A stretch of DNA of 54,201 nucleotides. Origin: Candidatus Onthousia excrementipullorum. GTDB lineage: Bacteria; Bacillota_I; Bacilli_A; RF39; UBA660. Of this stretch, positions 39,064 through 49,659 are shown in pieces (position 1 is the stretch's first letter; each line of letters begins with the position of its first letter). The notes under the pieces were generated by a model. It searched no databases and was not told where the DNA came from. It saw only the letters and a program-made list of their open reading frames with translations. The translations under genes and the position numbers were made by a program. The stretch covers positions 1 through 54,201 of the forward strand of contig DVHC01000003.1 in assembly GCA_018712385.1 (NCBI GenBank), given 5' to 3'.

Positions 39064-39828
39064 ATGACTTATTATTATGATAACTATGTTGAAAGTTTTG
39101 GAAAAAGAGATAAAAATGATAAAAAGTGGTGGAATGATGGAACTTATATTACACCTGAAGGAACACTTTTTGATGTAGATGGTTATGCAGATGTCGCTCA
39201 TGGTGGTGGCTTTGTTCTTCCATTTTTCTTAAGTTATACTAATCCAGATGAGGATGAGTTGAGGTATTATACAAAAGAAAAAGTATTAAAAAATTTAATA
39301 GAATGGGAATATACTTTATGTACAAGAGAATATGATGTTAACCCCAAAGAACAGAAAATGCGTTTAGCTTTAGTAAAATATTTAATTAATGTATATAAAA
39401 GTGAATATACTATTTGGGATAGAAAAAATGGATATGTTGATTTGTCTTATGCTACAGGCATAAAAAAAGAAACAGAAAACTTTATAGGAAGAGATAGATT
39501 TTTAAAAGATATTTTAGTAATGGCTTGTAATTATGATTCTGTTGAAAGTACACTTTATAGAACGATTACTACATCAAAATTTAATATCTATGAGACCTTT
39601 TATGATTATATTTTACATGACTATAAGATATATCAAATTCCTAAACAAGTCTATGATGAAAAACAGGGTAAGTATGTTAATTGGTCTTTACCCGATTATA
39701 TGATTTCTGATAAAGAATTAAGATTAAAAATGGAACTTGAGTCAATCTGTAAAACTGTACCTTTAGAGAAACGTGATAAATATAGAAGAAGTAAGGTAAA
39801 AATAAAAGGTTTTGATTTCATAGATTAA
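39064..39828 (+). CDS. Hypothetical protein (orphan)
   Basis: 254-aa ORF with GGAGG RBS. Confidence 0.75.
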   Translation: MTYYYDNYVESFGKRDKNDKKWWNDGTYITPEGTLFDVDGYADVAHGGGFVLPFFLSYTNPDEDELRYYTKEKVLKNLIEWEYTLCTREYDVNPKEQKMRLALVKYLINVYKSEYTIWDRKNGYVDLSYATGIKKETENFIGRDRFLKDILVMACNYDSVESTLYRTITTSKFNIYETFYDYILHDYKIYQIPKQVYDEKQGKYVNWSLPDYMISDKELRLKMELESICKTVPLEKRDKYRRSKVKIKGFDFID

Positions 39829-39841
39829 AACTACTGAAAAT

Positions 39842-40933
39842 TTACTCAGTAGTTTCTTTTAATTTCTCATTAATTATCTTTAAGTTATTATTAAGCCTCT
39901 CATCATTTGGCTCTATCTTTATTGCTTTCTCTAAGAATACCTTGCTAGCTTCTATCTCTCCTTTATTATAGTAAGCAATACTAAGTAAGTCATAAGGAGT
40001 ATAATCAAAACTAAAAGTTTCATTTATATAGCTCTTAGTATGGTCTTTAATATTTAAAGCCTTATTTACATAATTAATAACATTATCATAATCGTTTAAA
40101 ACATAATAGAGTAGAGCTATCTCCATATAAGGGTCTCTTAAATAAGGAGCTTCCTCTATCGCTTTTTCTAACCATAATTTCGCTTCATCGTATCTTTTTA
40201 AATTCTTATAACATCTCCCAATAAATCTCATAGAAGCACATCTCTCATCTTTCCAAGTAGCCTTTTCTAAGCCTAAGTGTCTAATCAAAGTATCAATCGC
40301 TTCATTATATTTACCATAATACATGTATTCACGTCCTAAGTAATGCATATTTCTATCATCATTAGGGTCTTCTTTAACACTCATTTCAAGTAAAGGAAGA
40401 TAACTACTTCTAGATTTAGTTCTATCAGGATAGTGATTTAAAATAATATTATCAGTGACACTAAATGTTTCCACACCATCATACTTTAATATCTCATGGA
40501 CAGGATGATACCAAGAATAACCTAATCTTTTATGTATTTTTTCATAATAAAAACTTATTATCGGATTATTGTTCTCATCTAAATACCAGTTATAAATATA
40601 TCTAAGTCTTGTCGTATTATCACACCATGCTTTTTCAAGTTCCTCTCGCCATCCAGGTAAAAATACTTCATCTAAATCCGTACAGGCACAAATATCAGTA
40701 TCAAGTGGTACTAACTTTAAAGATTCATTTCTTGCTACATCAAATCGCCAAGGTTCTATTTTTTTAATTTCTACATGAATACCTTTTTCCTTAAGTTTTT
40801 CTACAGTATTATCAGTAGAACCAGTATCAAGAACATAAATCTCATCCGCTTCCTTCATAGATTCATACCATCTATCCACAAATTTCTCTTCGTTTAAACA
40901 TATTGCATAAACACATACTTTATATTTACTCAT
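39842..40933 (-). CDS. GT2 glycosyltransferase with TPR repeats
   Basis: LDTGSTDNT, FDVARN, DLDE, PVHE; TPR helices in the C-terminal half. Confidence 0.9.
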   Translation of the reverse strand: MSKYKVCVYAICLNEEKFVDRWYESMKEADEIYVLDTGSTDNTVEKLKEKGIHVEIKKIEPWRFDVARNESLKLVPLDTDICACTDLDEVFLPGWREELEKAWCDNTTRLRYIYNWYLDENNNPIISFYYEKIHKRLGYSWYHPVHEILKYDGVETFSVTDNIILNHYPDRTKSRSSYLPLLEMSVKEDPNDDRNMHYLGREYMYYGKYNEAIDTLIRHLGLEKATWKDERCASMRFIGRCYKNLKRYDEAKLWLEKAIEEAPYLRDPYMEIALLYYVLNDYDNVINYVNKALNIKDHTKSYINETFSFDYTPYDLLSIAYYNKGEIEASKVFLEKAIKIEPNDERLNNNLKIINEKLKETTE

Positions 40934-40948
40934 AAATACACCTCTATA

Positions 40949-40977
40949 TATTGTATGTAATAATTATAAAAAAAGTA
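40949..40977 (-). promoter_or_regulatory. SigK/SigE-type promoter of the glycosyltransferase
   Basis: TACT-N16-CATACAATA on the minus strand. Confidence 0.5.
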
Positions 40978-41010
40978 ATAACTGCATATAAATATAATAA
41001 GGAGGACGTT

Positions 41011-41457
41011 ATGATTAAAAGAATAATTTATAGTTCATTACCCATAATAGGAGGAGCGATAGTAGGGCTAATAACATCAGGATATATGGATTACAGTGAT
41101 ATGGTAAAACCACCACTAAGTCCACCAGGAATAGTATTTCCAATTGTTTGGACTATACTCTATATCCTAATGGGAATATCTTATTTTCTTGCTACTAAAG
41201 ATAATGAAGATAATAAAGAATTAGACCAGATTTATCTTTTACAACTATTGGTAAACTTTATGTGGCCTATAATTTTCTTTGTCTTAGAAATGTATTTTAC
41301 CGCTTTCCTTTGGATAATCTTACTATTAATATTAGTTATCGTTATGATTAAAGAATTATTAAATGTAAACAAAGTAAGTGGCTATTTACAAATTCCTTAT
41401 CTTATCTGGTTGTTATTTGCCACATACTTAAATCTTGGTATAACCTTGTTAAACTAA
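41011..41457 (+). CDS. tspO: TspO/MBR family membrane protein
   Basis: KPPLSPP..VFPIVWTILYILMG, LVNFMWP, IPYLIWLLFATYLN; ATG 41011 after AGGAGG. Confidence 0.9.
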   Translation: MIKRIIYSSLPIIGGAIVGLITSGYMDYSDMVKPPLSPPGIVFPIVWTILYILMGISYFLATKDNEDNKELDQIYLLQLLVNFMWPIIFFVLEMYFTAFLWIILLLILVIVMIKELLNVNKVSGYLQIPYLIWLLFATYLNLGITLLN

Positions 41458-41489
41458 AAAACTCACAAATTGCTGTGAGTTTTTAAGTA

Positions 41490-42092
41490 CTATGGACCAG
41501 TAGGACCCGTTGGACCGGTAGGACCAGTTGGACCCGTAGGACCAGTGACACCGCTTGCTCCTGTAGGACCACTTACTCCAGTAGGACCAGATACACCAGT
41601 AGGACCCGTTGGACCTGTAACACCACTTGCACCTGTAGGTCCAGTAGCTCCACTAGCACCCGTAGGACCAGATACTCCTGTGGCACCAGTTGCTCCCGTT
41701 GCTCCAGTTGGTCCAGTAGCTCCACTTACACCAGTAGGACCACTAACTCCTGTAGGACCAGTAGGACCTTGTGGAATACTTAAACTTAATATAAAGTTAG
41801 GTGCAGTTCCAGTTATACTAGCAGTAGCTGAGCTTCCAGGTGCTCCTGTTGTAACAGTACCTATAGCAAGACTAGGTGTTGCTCCTGTTGTTCCCGTAGC
41901 TCCTGTCGCTCCTGTTGCTCCTGTGGCACCTGTCGGACCAGTAACTCCCGTAGCACCTGTAGGACCCGTTGGACCAGTTGTACCTGTAGGACCACCTGCA
42001 GGACCAGTAGGACCCGTTGGACCAGTAGGTCCTTGAACATAACAGAAACGGCATCTAGGATGAGCATTATTATTGCAAGAATCTCCAAACAT
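41490..42092 (-). CDS. Collagen-like (G-X-T repeat) protein, BclA-like exosporium/surface candidate
   Basis: Cys-containing leader, GPT/GAT/GVS triplets with a central interruption; ATG 42092 after AAGGAG. Confidence 0.85.
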   Translation of the reverse strand: MFGDSCNNNAHPRCRFCYVQGPTGPTGPTGPAGGPTGTTGPTGPTGATGVTGPTGATGATGATGATGTTGATPSLAIGTVTTGAPGSSATASITGTAPNFILSLSIPQGPTGPTGVSGPTGVSGATGPTGATGATGATGVSGPTGASGATGPTGASGVTGPTGPTGVSGPTGVSGPTGASGVTGPTGPTGPTGPTGPTGP

Positions 42093-42112
42093 AGCAATTC
42101 TCCTTTCCAATA

Positions 42113-42141
42113 TAGTTTATGATATAATTTAAAATTTAGTT
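42113..42141 (-). promoter_or_regulatory. SigK-type promoter of the collagen-like gene
   Basis: AACT-N16-CATAAACTA on the minus strand. Confidence 0.5.
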
Positions 42142-42193
42142 ATTACTATTATCTAAGAAATGATATAATTGAAACTAGGAAGGAATAGATACT

Positions 42194-42580
42194 ATGAACT
42201 TTAATAAATTAATACCAGAGTTAAGTGTAACTAATATAGATAAAAGTAAAGAGTTTTATCTTAAATTAGGATTTAAAATAATGTATGAGAGAAAAAAAGA
42301 TAAGTTTGCCTTTTTAGAATTAGAAGGCAATCAATTAATGATAGAAGAAATTAATGATAACTGGAATACTGGAAAGTTAGAGTATCCCTTTGGTAGGGGC
42401 ATAAATATAAGCATGACTATAAATGATATAGATAAATATTATCAAGAATTAGTTAATAAAAATATAATCTTCTTTAAAGACATAATGACAAATGAATATG
42501 ATGTCAATGGTAAAACATATTTAGATAAAGAGTTCTTAATTCAAGACCCTGATGGTTATTTATTACGATTTAATAACTAA
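42194..42580 (+). CDS. VOC/glyoxalase-bleomycin resistance family protein
   Basis: LIPELSV...FY..LGF, PFGRGIN, QDPDGYLLRF. Confidence 0.9.
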   Translation: MNFNKLIPELSVTNIDKSKEFYLKLGFKIMYERKKDKFAFLELEGNQLMIEEINDNWNTGKLEYPFGRGINISMTINDIDKYYQELVNKNIIFFKDIMTNEYDVNGKTYLDKEFLIQDPDGYLLRFNN

Positions 42581-42590
42581 AAAGTAATGC

Positions 42591-42675
42591 AATTAAAATA
42601 TAAAATGAAGAATAGCCAAAATGCAAAGTAAAAATGAGCCAAAATGTAAAATGAAAACCAGCCAAAATGTAAAAT
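42591..42675 (+). repeat. Four 23-bp tandem units (core AGCCAAAATGYAAA) directly upstream of the ATPase promoter
   Basis: Units at 42614, 42637 and 42660 plus a degenerate unit at 42591. Confidence 0.88.
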
Positions 42676-42680
42676 AATTA

Positions 42681-42709
42681 TTAACAAAAACTTAAAAATA
42701 TAGTATAAT
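42681..42709 (+). promoter_or_regulatory. Sigma-A promoter
   Basis: TTAACA-N17-TATAAT. Confidence 0.7.
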
Positions 42710-42729
42710 TTATTTAGGAGGAGATATTA

Positions 42730-43992
42730 ATGGAAAAATATTTACCTAGAATTGTAGATAAAGTATTACAAAATAAACTCGAATATATGGGAGCAGTTTT
42801 AATTGAAGGATGTAAATGGTGTGGAAAATCAACTACAGCCAAACAGTTTGCCAAAAGTTATATTGAATTTCAAGATCCTGATAAAAAGATGCAATATGAT
42901 AAAACTAATCAAACTAAACCATCATTATTTTTAGAAGGGGAAAAACCAAGACTATTTGATGAATGGCAAATGTATCCTGTTGTATGGGATTCCATAAGAA
43001 TGGATATTGATCATACAGGACTAAAAGGGCAATATATTTTAACTGGTTCTGCTAGACCACAGGAAGATAGCATTATGCATACTGGAACTGGAAGAATTAC
43101 AAAATTACTTATGAGACCTATGTCATTATATGAATCCTTAGAATCTAACGGTAGTGTGTCTTTAAATGATATTATAAATGGTAATGATATTTCCGGTATC
43201 TCAAAAATAGACTTTGATGGCTTAATCAATGCTATGATAAGAGGAGGATGGCCTGAATCTTTAAATATTGATGGAGATAATAAATATAAAATTTCAAAAG
43301 ATTATGTTCAAAGTCTATTAGCCGAAGAAATAAAAACAGTAGATGGTACTGAAAGAAACACTTCAAAAATGAGGGCAGTTTTAAAGAGTATCTCTAGGAA
43401 TATATCAACAAATGTAAGTAAAAGTACTATTTTAGAAGATGTTAAAACAGAATTTGCTAGTGAAGTTTCTCGTCCTACATTAGATGATTATTTAAATACT
43501 TTAGAAAAACTATATATATTAGAATATATTCCTGCTACAAATCTTAATTTAAGATCAAAAACTCCTTTAAGAGTTTCACCTAAACTAGAATTAGTTGATC
43601 CATCACTAGTAATAGCAACATTAAATTTGAAAAGAGAAGATTTAATAAATGATTTAAATTTTACAGGTTTTATCTTTGAAAATATGTGTATGAGAGATTT
43701 AAAGATATATGCTGATGCTATTGATGCAAGATTATCTTATTATAGAGATAAAAATAATTTTGAAGTAGATTGTATTTTAGAAACAGCTGATGGTAAATGG
43801 GGAGCAATTGAAATTAAATTAGGAGCAGGAGAAATTCCTGATGCAGTTTCAAATTTAACTAAATTTAAAGAAAATGTAGATACAGATAAATATAAAGAGC
43901 CATCATTTTTAATGGTATTAACAGGAGCAGATTATTCATATAAACGTGATGATGGAATATATGTAGTATCAATTGGGACTTTAAAAGATTAA
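42730..43992 (+). CDS. AAA_14/DUF4143 family ATPase with C-terminal PD-(D/E)xK-like motif
   Basis: GCKWCGKST, FDEWQ, ILTGS, RGGWP, EVD...IEIK. Confidence 0.88.
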   Translation: MEKYLPRIVDKVLQNKLEYMGAVLIEGCKWCGKSTTAKQFAKSYIEFQDPDKKMQYDKTNQTKPSLFLEGEKPRLFDEWQMYPVVWDSIRMDIDHTGLKGQYILTGSARPQEDSIMHTGTGRITKLLMRPMSLYESLESNGSVSLNDIINGNDISGISKIDFDGLINAMIRGGWPESLNIDGDNKYKISKDYVQSLLAEEIKTVDGTERNTSKMRAVLKSISRNISTNVSKSTILEDVKTEFASEVSRPTLDDYLNTLEKLYILEYIPATNLNLRSKTPLRVSPKLELVDPSLVIATLNLKREDLINDLNFTGFIFENMCMRDLKIYADAIDARLSYYRDKNNFEVDCILETADGKWGAIEIKLGAGEIPDAVSNLTKFKENVDTDKYKEPSFLMVLTGADYSYKRDDGIYVVSIGTLKD

Positions 43993-44125
43993 AAATGTAT
44001 ATAACTATTTATACTTGTCAATTGATAATTCTAATCAAAATAGCAAAAATATTTTAGATAAATTTTAGCAATTGTATCTCTATAAAAACATTGATATAAT
44101 ACTTATAGAATAGAAGGTGTTATTA

Positions 44126-44290
44126 ATGAGAATTGGTATGATTATTTTATTTGCGATTCTTTATATCGCTTTAATCGCTTTATTTATATTAGGTTATAAA
44201 AAGAAACAAAAGAAAGTATGGGTAACTAGTCTAGTACTATTCCTAATCGCTTTAGTTGCAACTATTATCATAACAAGCATCTATGCTTGA
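44126..44290 (+). CDS. Small two-TM membrane protein, 54 aa (not in the ORF track)
   Basis: AAGGTG RBS; MRIGMIILFAILYIALIALFILGYKKKQKKVWVTSLVLFLIALVATIIITSIYA. Confidence 0.7.
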   Translation: MRIGMIILFAILYIALIALFILGYKKKQKKVWVTSLVLFLIALVATIIITSIYA

Positions 44291-44340
44291 TTTTTTTTGA
44301 TTTTGTAGTATAATAAGCCTCACTAAAGGGGAGATGGAGA

Positions 44341-45315
44341 GTGGATTTAATAACTGAAGAAATAAAAGAATCTAAAAACTTTCAAATACTATCTAAAGTG
44401 TTTTCTTATCACTATACTAATAAAGATAATATAGAACCTATTATTTTATATAATGAATTCAAAGAAGTATTAACAAATTTTATTGAAGAGATTATGAGAT
44501 ACTATCTAATAAAAATGGACTTTGCTGATTATAGAGGAAAAGAGCCTAAAGTAAAAATAGTTGATTTTAACGGCAACACTAACGGAGATTATCATTATAA
44601 TATGATTAGATTGGATGAAACTATACCATGGAACATTTTTAAAGGAAATATTCTTGTCTTTTTTGATATTTGCCATGAGCTTATACATTTTAAATACGAT
44701 ACTGACTTAAATGCTGGAGTAATAAATAAAAATATTGTAAGAGCTGCCAAAGAAACATTAATACGACATGAGGCTGAAACCACGGCACCTATTTTTAAAT
44801 ATGACTATTATAGTGATAATTATAAGTTTGATTCTGAAGAGAAACTAGCTAATATGGAAGGAGTAGATTTATTTAGAGAAATAATAAAATATATGAATAT
44901 AACTCTAAATAAAGAAGATGACCTAAAACTACTTAATATTTCTACTAATAACAGACTTCAATATCACAATTATCTTCGTGATTTTAGAAGTAATATTAGA
45001 TTTAATAATTTTTTCTGGGATTTTGAAGAAGCCTTTGATTTTTTAATCAGACAAAATCCAGGATGGTATAATCGTTTTCCACAATTACAAATAGAATATT
45101 ATCAAGATGAAGAAGGTAAAGTTAGAAAAAGAACAACCGAAGAATTACAAAGGCTTTCAGAAAAAGAAGAAGATAAAGATGTCAAAGAATATATTCAAAG
45201 TATTTTAGTATCTACTGATTATAAAAGACTAAGTGATGATGGATTTAAACAAAAAAAGCTTAGTTTAAAAATCCCACATAATAAATATTACAAAATATCA
45301 AATGCTAATCAGTAA
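44341..45315 (+). CDS. Orphan protein with HExxH zinc-metallopeptidase-like motif
   Basis: ICHELIH and downstream SEEKLAN. Confidence 0.6.
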   Translation: MDLITEEIKESKNFQILSKVFSYHYTNKDNIEPIILYNEFKEVLTNFIEEIMRYYLIKMDFADYRGKEPKVKIVDFNGNTNGDYHYNMIRLDETIPWNIFKGNILVFFDICHELIHFKYDTDLNAGVINKNIVRAAKETLIRHEAETTAPIFKYDYYSDNYKFDSEEKLANMEGVDLFREIIKYMNITLNKEDDLKLLNISTNNRLQYHNYLRDFRSNIRFNNFFWDFEEAFDFLIRQNPGWYNRFPQLQIEYYQDEEGKVRKRTTEELQRLSEKEEDKDVKEYIQSILVSTDYKRLSDDGFKQKKLSLKIPHNKYYKISNANQ

Positions 45316-45363
45316 AATAATCATTTTATGATATACAATGCTATAAGGGAGGAATTTAATATT

Positions 45364-46007
45364 ATGACATTAGAAGAAGCAAAAAGAATATTTGGTATAG
45401 AGACATTAACTAAAGATATTGATATCAAAAAATATATAGAAGCTTAGTTTTTGCTAACCATCCAGATGCTCATCCAGAAAACTCCAGAGAATATGAAGAA
45501 AAAATTAAAATAATAAATGAGGCATATTCTATATTGGAACATAATACTTTTTATGAAGAAAGAAAATCTGTTAGAGAAGAAAAAGAAAGATATGAAAAAA
45601 ATAAACAGATAAAGAAAGAGCAAATATTAACTGAAATAATAGTAAAATCATATTATCAGGCACAACCTGAAATAAATAAATCAAGATTTGATATGTTAGA
45701 ATCCTATATTACTAAAGTTTCAAGTTTAAATATAAATAGAGCACCCACAGTAAATGTTTTAGAACCTGTAACTATAGATTATGCAAGAAATGAGGCAAAG
45801 ATATTAAATGCTTTTGTTAAACAAAATGTAGAAAGTATTATAGAAGAGTATCAATTTGAAGTTCAAGATCAAGCTAATAATAAATTCGCATTTTTATATG
45901 CATTTGAACCACTTTACTTTTTGGACTTAATTCCAGATTGGTATGAGAAGGTTATAGAAAGAGAAAATGTAGAAAAATTAGAAGCTAATAATAAACATAC
46001 ATTATAA
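45364..46007 (+). pseudogene. J-domain (DnaJ N-terminal-like) protein gene frameshifted in an A6 run
   Basis: ATG 45364 with GGAGG RBS; adding one A at 45427-45432 gives ...IKKIYRSLVFANHPD...KIINEAYSIL joined to ORF 45534-46007. Confidence 0.8.
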
Positions 46008-46086
46008 TAATAAAAAATACTGTCAAGAATAGTATTTTTTTTAATGAAACTATACATTTAATGGTATAATAAAAATGTAAGGAGGT

Positions 46087-48324
46087 ATGAAAATGAGAGA
46101 AGAATGGAAAGGCTTCAAAGAAGGAGTCTGGACTAAAGAAATAAATGTTAGTGATTTTATTAAAACTAACTATAAAGGATATGATGGAGATGAAAGTTTC
46201 CTAAAAGGAACTACAGAGAAAACTGATAGAGTTTGGGGAAAATGTAGTGACTTATTAAAAGAAGAACTAAAAAAACACGTTCTTGATATTGATGTTGACC
46301 ATATGTCAGGAATTAATGCTTTTAAGCCAGGTTATATCAGTAAAGATGATGATGTAATCGTAGGACTTCAAACAGATGCTCCACTTAAAAGAATAGTTAA
46401 TCCATATGGTGGAATTAGAATGGTTTATCAAGAGTTAGATGCTTATGGATACAAATTAAATCCTGAAGTTGATAAATATTTTAATGAATACCGTAAAACT
46501 CATAATCAAGGTGTTTTTGATGCTTATACACCAGAGATTAGAAAAGCAAGACATGTTGGCTTATTAACAGGACTACCTGATGCTTATGGTAGAGGTAGAA
46601 TAATTGGTGATTATAGACGTGTTGCCCTTTATGGTATTGACTATTTAATGGAACAAAAGAAAGATGAATGGGATAATAAACTATTAGGGCCAATGACTAA
46701 TGACTTAATCCAATTAAGAGAAGAAGTATCTATGCAATATAGAGCTTTAGATGAGATTAAGAAAATGGCTAAAGGTTATGGTTTTGATATCTCAAGACCT
46801 GCTAAAAATGCTAAGGAAGCAGTACAATGGACTTACTTTGGTTATTTAGCATCTGTAAAAGAAAATAATGGTGCGGCTATGAGTTTAGGTAGAGTTGATG
46901 CTTTCTTTGATATTTACTTTGAAAGAGATTTAAATGATGGAACAATAACTGAAAAAGAAATTCAAGAGATTATTGACCAGTTTGTTATTAAACTAAGATT
47001 AGTTAGACACTTAAGAACTCCAGAATATGATGAATTATTCTCAGGTGACCCAACTTGGGTAACGGCATCTATTGGTGGTGTTACTAATGAAGGAAAGAGT
47101 ATGGTAACTAAGACAAGTTATCGTATCTTACATACTCTAACTAACCTAGATACAGCTCCTGAACCAAATATGACTGTATTATGGGCACAGGATTTACCTG
47201 AAAACTTCAAGAAATATTGTGCTAAGATGAGTATTGAAACAGATGCTATCCAATATGAAAATGATGATGTAATGCGTCCAGTATATGGTGATGACTATGC
47301 TATCGCTTGTTGTGTATCAGCCATGCGTGAAGGAAAAGATATGCAATTCTTTGGAGCACGTTGTAATCTTGCTAAAGCCCTTCTTTATGCTATTAATGGT
47401 GGTGTAGATGAAGTTAAAGGTGACTTAGTTGTTGAAGGCTTCCCTAAGATGACTGATGAAGTCCTTGATTATGATAAGGTAAAAGATGCATATTTCAAGA
47501 TGATAGAAAAAGTTGCCGAGGTTTACTCTAATGCCATGAATATCATTCACTATATGCATGATAAATATGCTTATGAAGCAGGACAAATGGCTTTACATGA
47601 TACTAATGTAAATCGTCTAATGGCTTATGGTGTTGCCGGACTATCTGTTGCAACAGACTCACTTTCTGCTATTAAATATGCTAAAGTAAAACCAATTAGA
47701 AATGAAGATGGTATTGCTATTGACTTTGAAGTAGAAGGAGACTATCCAAAATATGGTAATGATGATGATAGAGTAGATAACATTGCTAAAGAAATTCTTG
47801 AAAAGATGTATAAAGAGTTATCTAAACATAAATGTTATCGTAACGCTACACCAACCTTATCAGTATTAACAATTACATCAAATGTTGTTTATGGTAGTAA
47901 GACAGGATCTACTCCAGATGGACGTAAAGCCGGAGAACCATTCGCCCCAGGAGCAAATCCAATGCATGGAAGAGATTCAAGCGGTGCCATTGCATCCCTT
48001 AACTCAGTTGCAAAACTTAACTATGCTGACTGTTGTCGTGATGGTATCTCTAATACATTCTCAATTGTTCCATCATCTTTAGGACATAGTAAAGATGAAC
48101 AAATTGATAACTTAGTAAGCCTACTTGATGGTTACTTTGTACAAGGAGCACATCACTTAAACGTTAATGTTTTACAAAGAGAAATGTTAATAGATGCTAT
48201 GAATAATCCAGATAAATATCCATTATTAACAATTAGAGTATCAGGTTATGCTGTTAGATTTAATCGTCTAACAAGAAAGCAACAAGAAGAAGTTATATCA
48301 AGAACTTTCCATGAGAAGATGTAA
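46087..48324 (+). CDS. pflB: Pyruvate formate-lyase
   Basis: [32 protein letters not shown] glycyl radical motif. Confidence 0.97.
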   Translation: MKMREEWKGFKEGVWTKEINVSDFIKTNYKGYDGDESFLKGTTEKTDRVWGKCSDLLKEELKKHVLDIDVDHMSGINAFKPGYISKDDDVIVGLQTDAPLKRIVNPYGGIRMVYQELDAYGYKLNPEVDKYFNEYRKTHNQGVFDAYTPEIRKARHVGLLTGLPDAYGRGRIIGDYRRVALYGIDYLMEQKKDEWDNKLLGPMTNDLIQLREEVSMQYRALDEIKKMAKGYGFDISRPAKNAKEAVQWTYFGYLASVKENNGAAMSLGRVDAFFDIYFERDLNDGTITEKEIQEIIDQFVIKLRLVRHLRTPEYDELFSGDPTWVTASIGGVTNEGKSMVTKTSYRILHTLTNLDTAPEPNMTVLWAQDLPENFKKYCAKMSIETDAIQYENDDVMRPVYGDDYAIACCVSAMREGKDMQFFGARCNLAKALLYAINGGVDEVKGDLVVEGFPKMTDEVLDYDKVKDAYFKMIEKVAEVYSNAMNIIHYMHDKYAYEAGQMALHDTNVNRLMAYGVAGLSVATDSLSAIKYAKVKPIRNEDGIAIDFEVEGDYPKYGNDDDRVDNIAKEILEKMYKELSKHKCYRNATPTLSVLTITSNVVYGSKTGSTPDGRKAGEPFAPGANPMHGRDSSGAIASLNSVAKLNYADCCRDGISNTFSIVPSSLGHSKDEQIDNLVSLLDGYFVQGAHHLNVNVLQREMLIDAMNNPDKYPLLTIRVSGYAVRFNRLTRKQQEEVISRTFHEKM

Positions 48325-49047
48325 ATGAAAGGTAGTATAGATTCAATTGAAACCTTTGGTCTTGTCGATGGACCAGGTATTAGAACTGTAATCTTTCTAG
48401 ATGGCTGTACTCTAAGATGTAAATACTGTCATAACCCTGAAACATGGGCGATGAACGAAGTAAACTATGATACAGATGAACTAGTTAAAAAAATACTTCG
48501 TAATAAACCATACTTTAAAAGAAATAATGGTGGTGTAACTTTCTCTGGAGGCGAGCCTCTTTTACAGATTAATTTCTTATTAGATATCTGTAAAAAACTA
48601 AAAAAAGAAGGTATCCATATTGCTTTAGATACTGCTGGTGTTGGTATTGGTAAGTATAAAGAAATACTAGAATTAATTGACCTTGTTATTTTAGATATAA
48701 AGCACGTTACCAAAGAAGGTTATAAGGAATTAACTGGAAGAGATATTGATGAGAGTGAAAAGTTCATCGAAGAGTTAAATAAGAGTGGTAAACCAGTATG
48801 GATTAGACAAGTAATTGTTCCAGGTATTATGGATAATGATGAATATTTAGATGGACTAGTAGAATATTTAAAGAAAATAAAAAATATTGAAAAAATAGAG
48901 TTTCTACCATTCCATCACTTAGGTTTTGAAAAGTATCAAAAGCTTAATATTCCTAATCCCTTAAAAGATACACCTGAGATGGATGTTAATAAATGTGATG
49001 AACTATATAAAAAGTTTATGAAAAAATATGAGAAGTCTAGAAAATAG
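48325..49047 (+). CDS. pflA: PFL activating enzyme
   Basis: VDGPGIR, CTLRCKYCHNPET, SGGEPLLQ. Confidence 0.96.
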   Translation: MKGSIDSIETFGLVDGPGIRTVIFLDGCTLRCKYCHNPETWAMNEVNYDTDELVKKILRNKPYFKRNNGGVTFSGGEPLLQINFLLDICKKLKKEGIHIALDTAGVGIGKYKEILELIDLVILDIKHVTKEGYKELTGRDIDESEKFIEELNKSGKPVWIRQVIVPGIMDNDEYLDGLVEYLKKIKNIEKIEFLPFHHLGFEKYQKLNIPNPLKDTPEMDVNKCDELYKKFMKKYEKSRK

Positions 49048-49125
49048 GCTTCTTTTTATGGTAGAATAAATTAAGAGAAAAACTTAGAATTCTAAATAAA
49101 ATATTGTAAAAGGAGATATTAAAAT

Positions 49126-49620
49126 ATGAAAAAACAAGAAGCAGAAGCACTTGCTATAGATAAATCAAGAGTAATGATAGAATATTTAGAGCAAATATTA
49201 AGTGATGATAACATATCAGGTAATATGATTTTTAGTTCTAATAAAATAGATGGAGAAAAAGAAAAAATGTGTACTGTAGATATCATGTTAAATAATGGTA
49301 AAGCAAGACATCTAAAATTAGGTATTCCAAGTATTCATAGTGATGTCTTTACAAAACAGTTCACTAGTGACTTAGTAGATAGATTTGCCAAAGATGATAC
49401 AATGGGAGTAAGTCAATTTTTTGAAATTAAAAGTATGCCTCCAACTAGTAGAAGAGGAATGGATGCTATAAGTATAAATGAAGAAACAGGAAAGATTAAT
49501 AATCATATAAAAATAGATTTCTATTCTATCGGACAAGATTTTTATTCTATTATGAAAGAATATAATGAGAAATTAAAGGAAGCTCAAAAAGAAATAGAAG
49601 AAGCAAAGATAAGAAAGTAA
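49126..49620 (+). CDS. Hypothetical protein (orphan)
   Basis: 164-aa ORF with AAGGAG RBS. Confidence 0.7.
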   Translation: MKKQEAEALAIDKSRVMIEYLEQILSDDNISGNMIFSSNKIDGEKEKMCTVDIMLNNGKARHLKLGIPSIHSDVFTKQFTSDLVDRFAKDDTMGVSQFFEIKSMPPTSRRGMDAISINEETGKINNHIKIDFYSIGQDFYSIMKEYNEKLKEAQKEIEEAKIRK

Positions 49621-49659
49621 TACTTATTATAAAGTGTAAAACATGGAAAGGTTAACTTT

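Noticed and set aside
41545-42097. ORFs 41545-42036 (+), 41861-42097 (-) and 41872-42054 (-)
   Set aside because: Antisense or alternate-frame shadows of the collagen repeat.
42591-42675. 23-bp arrays (here and at 27451) as CRISPR
   Set aside because: Head-to-tail units with no spacer-length unique sequence.
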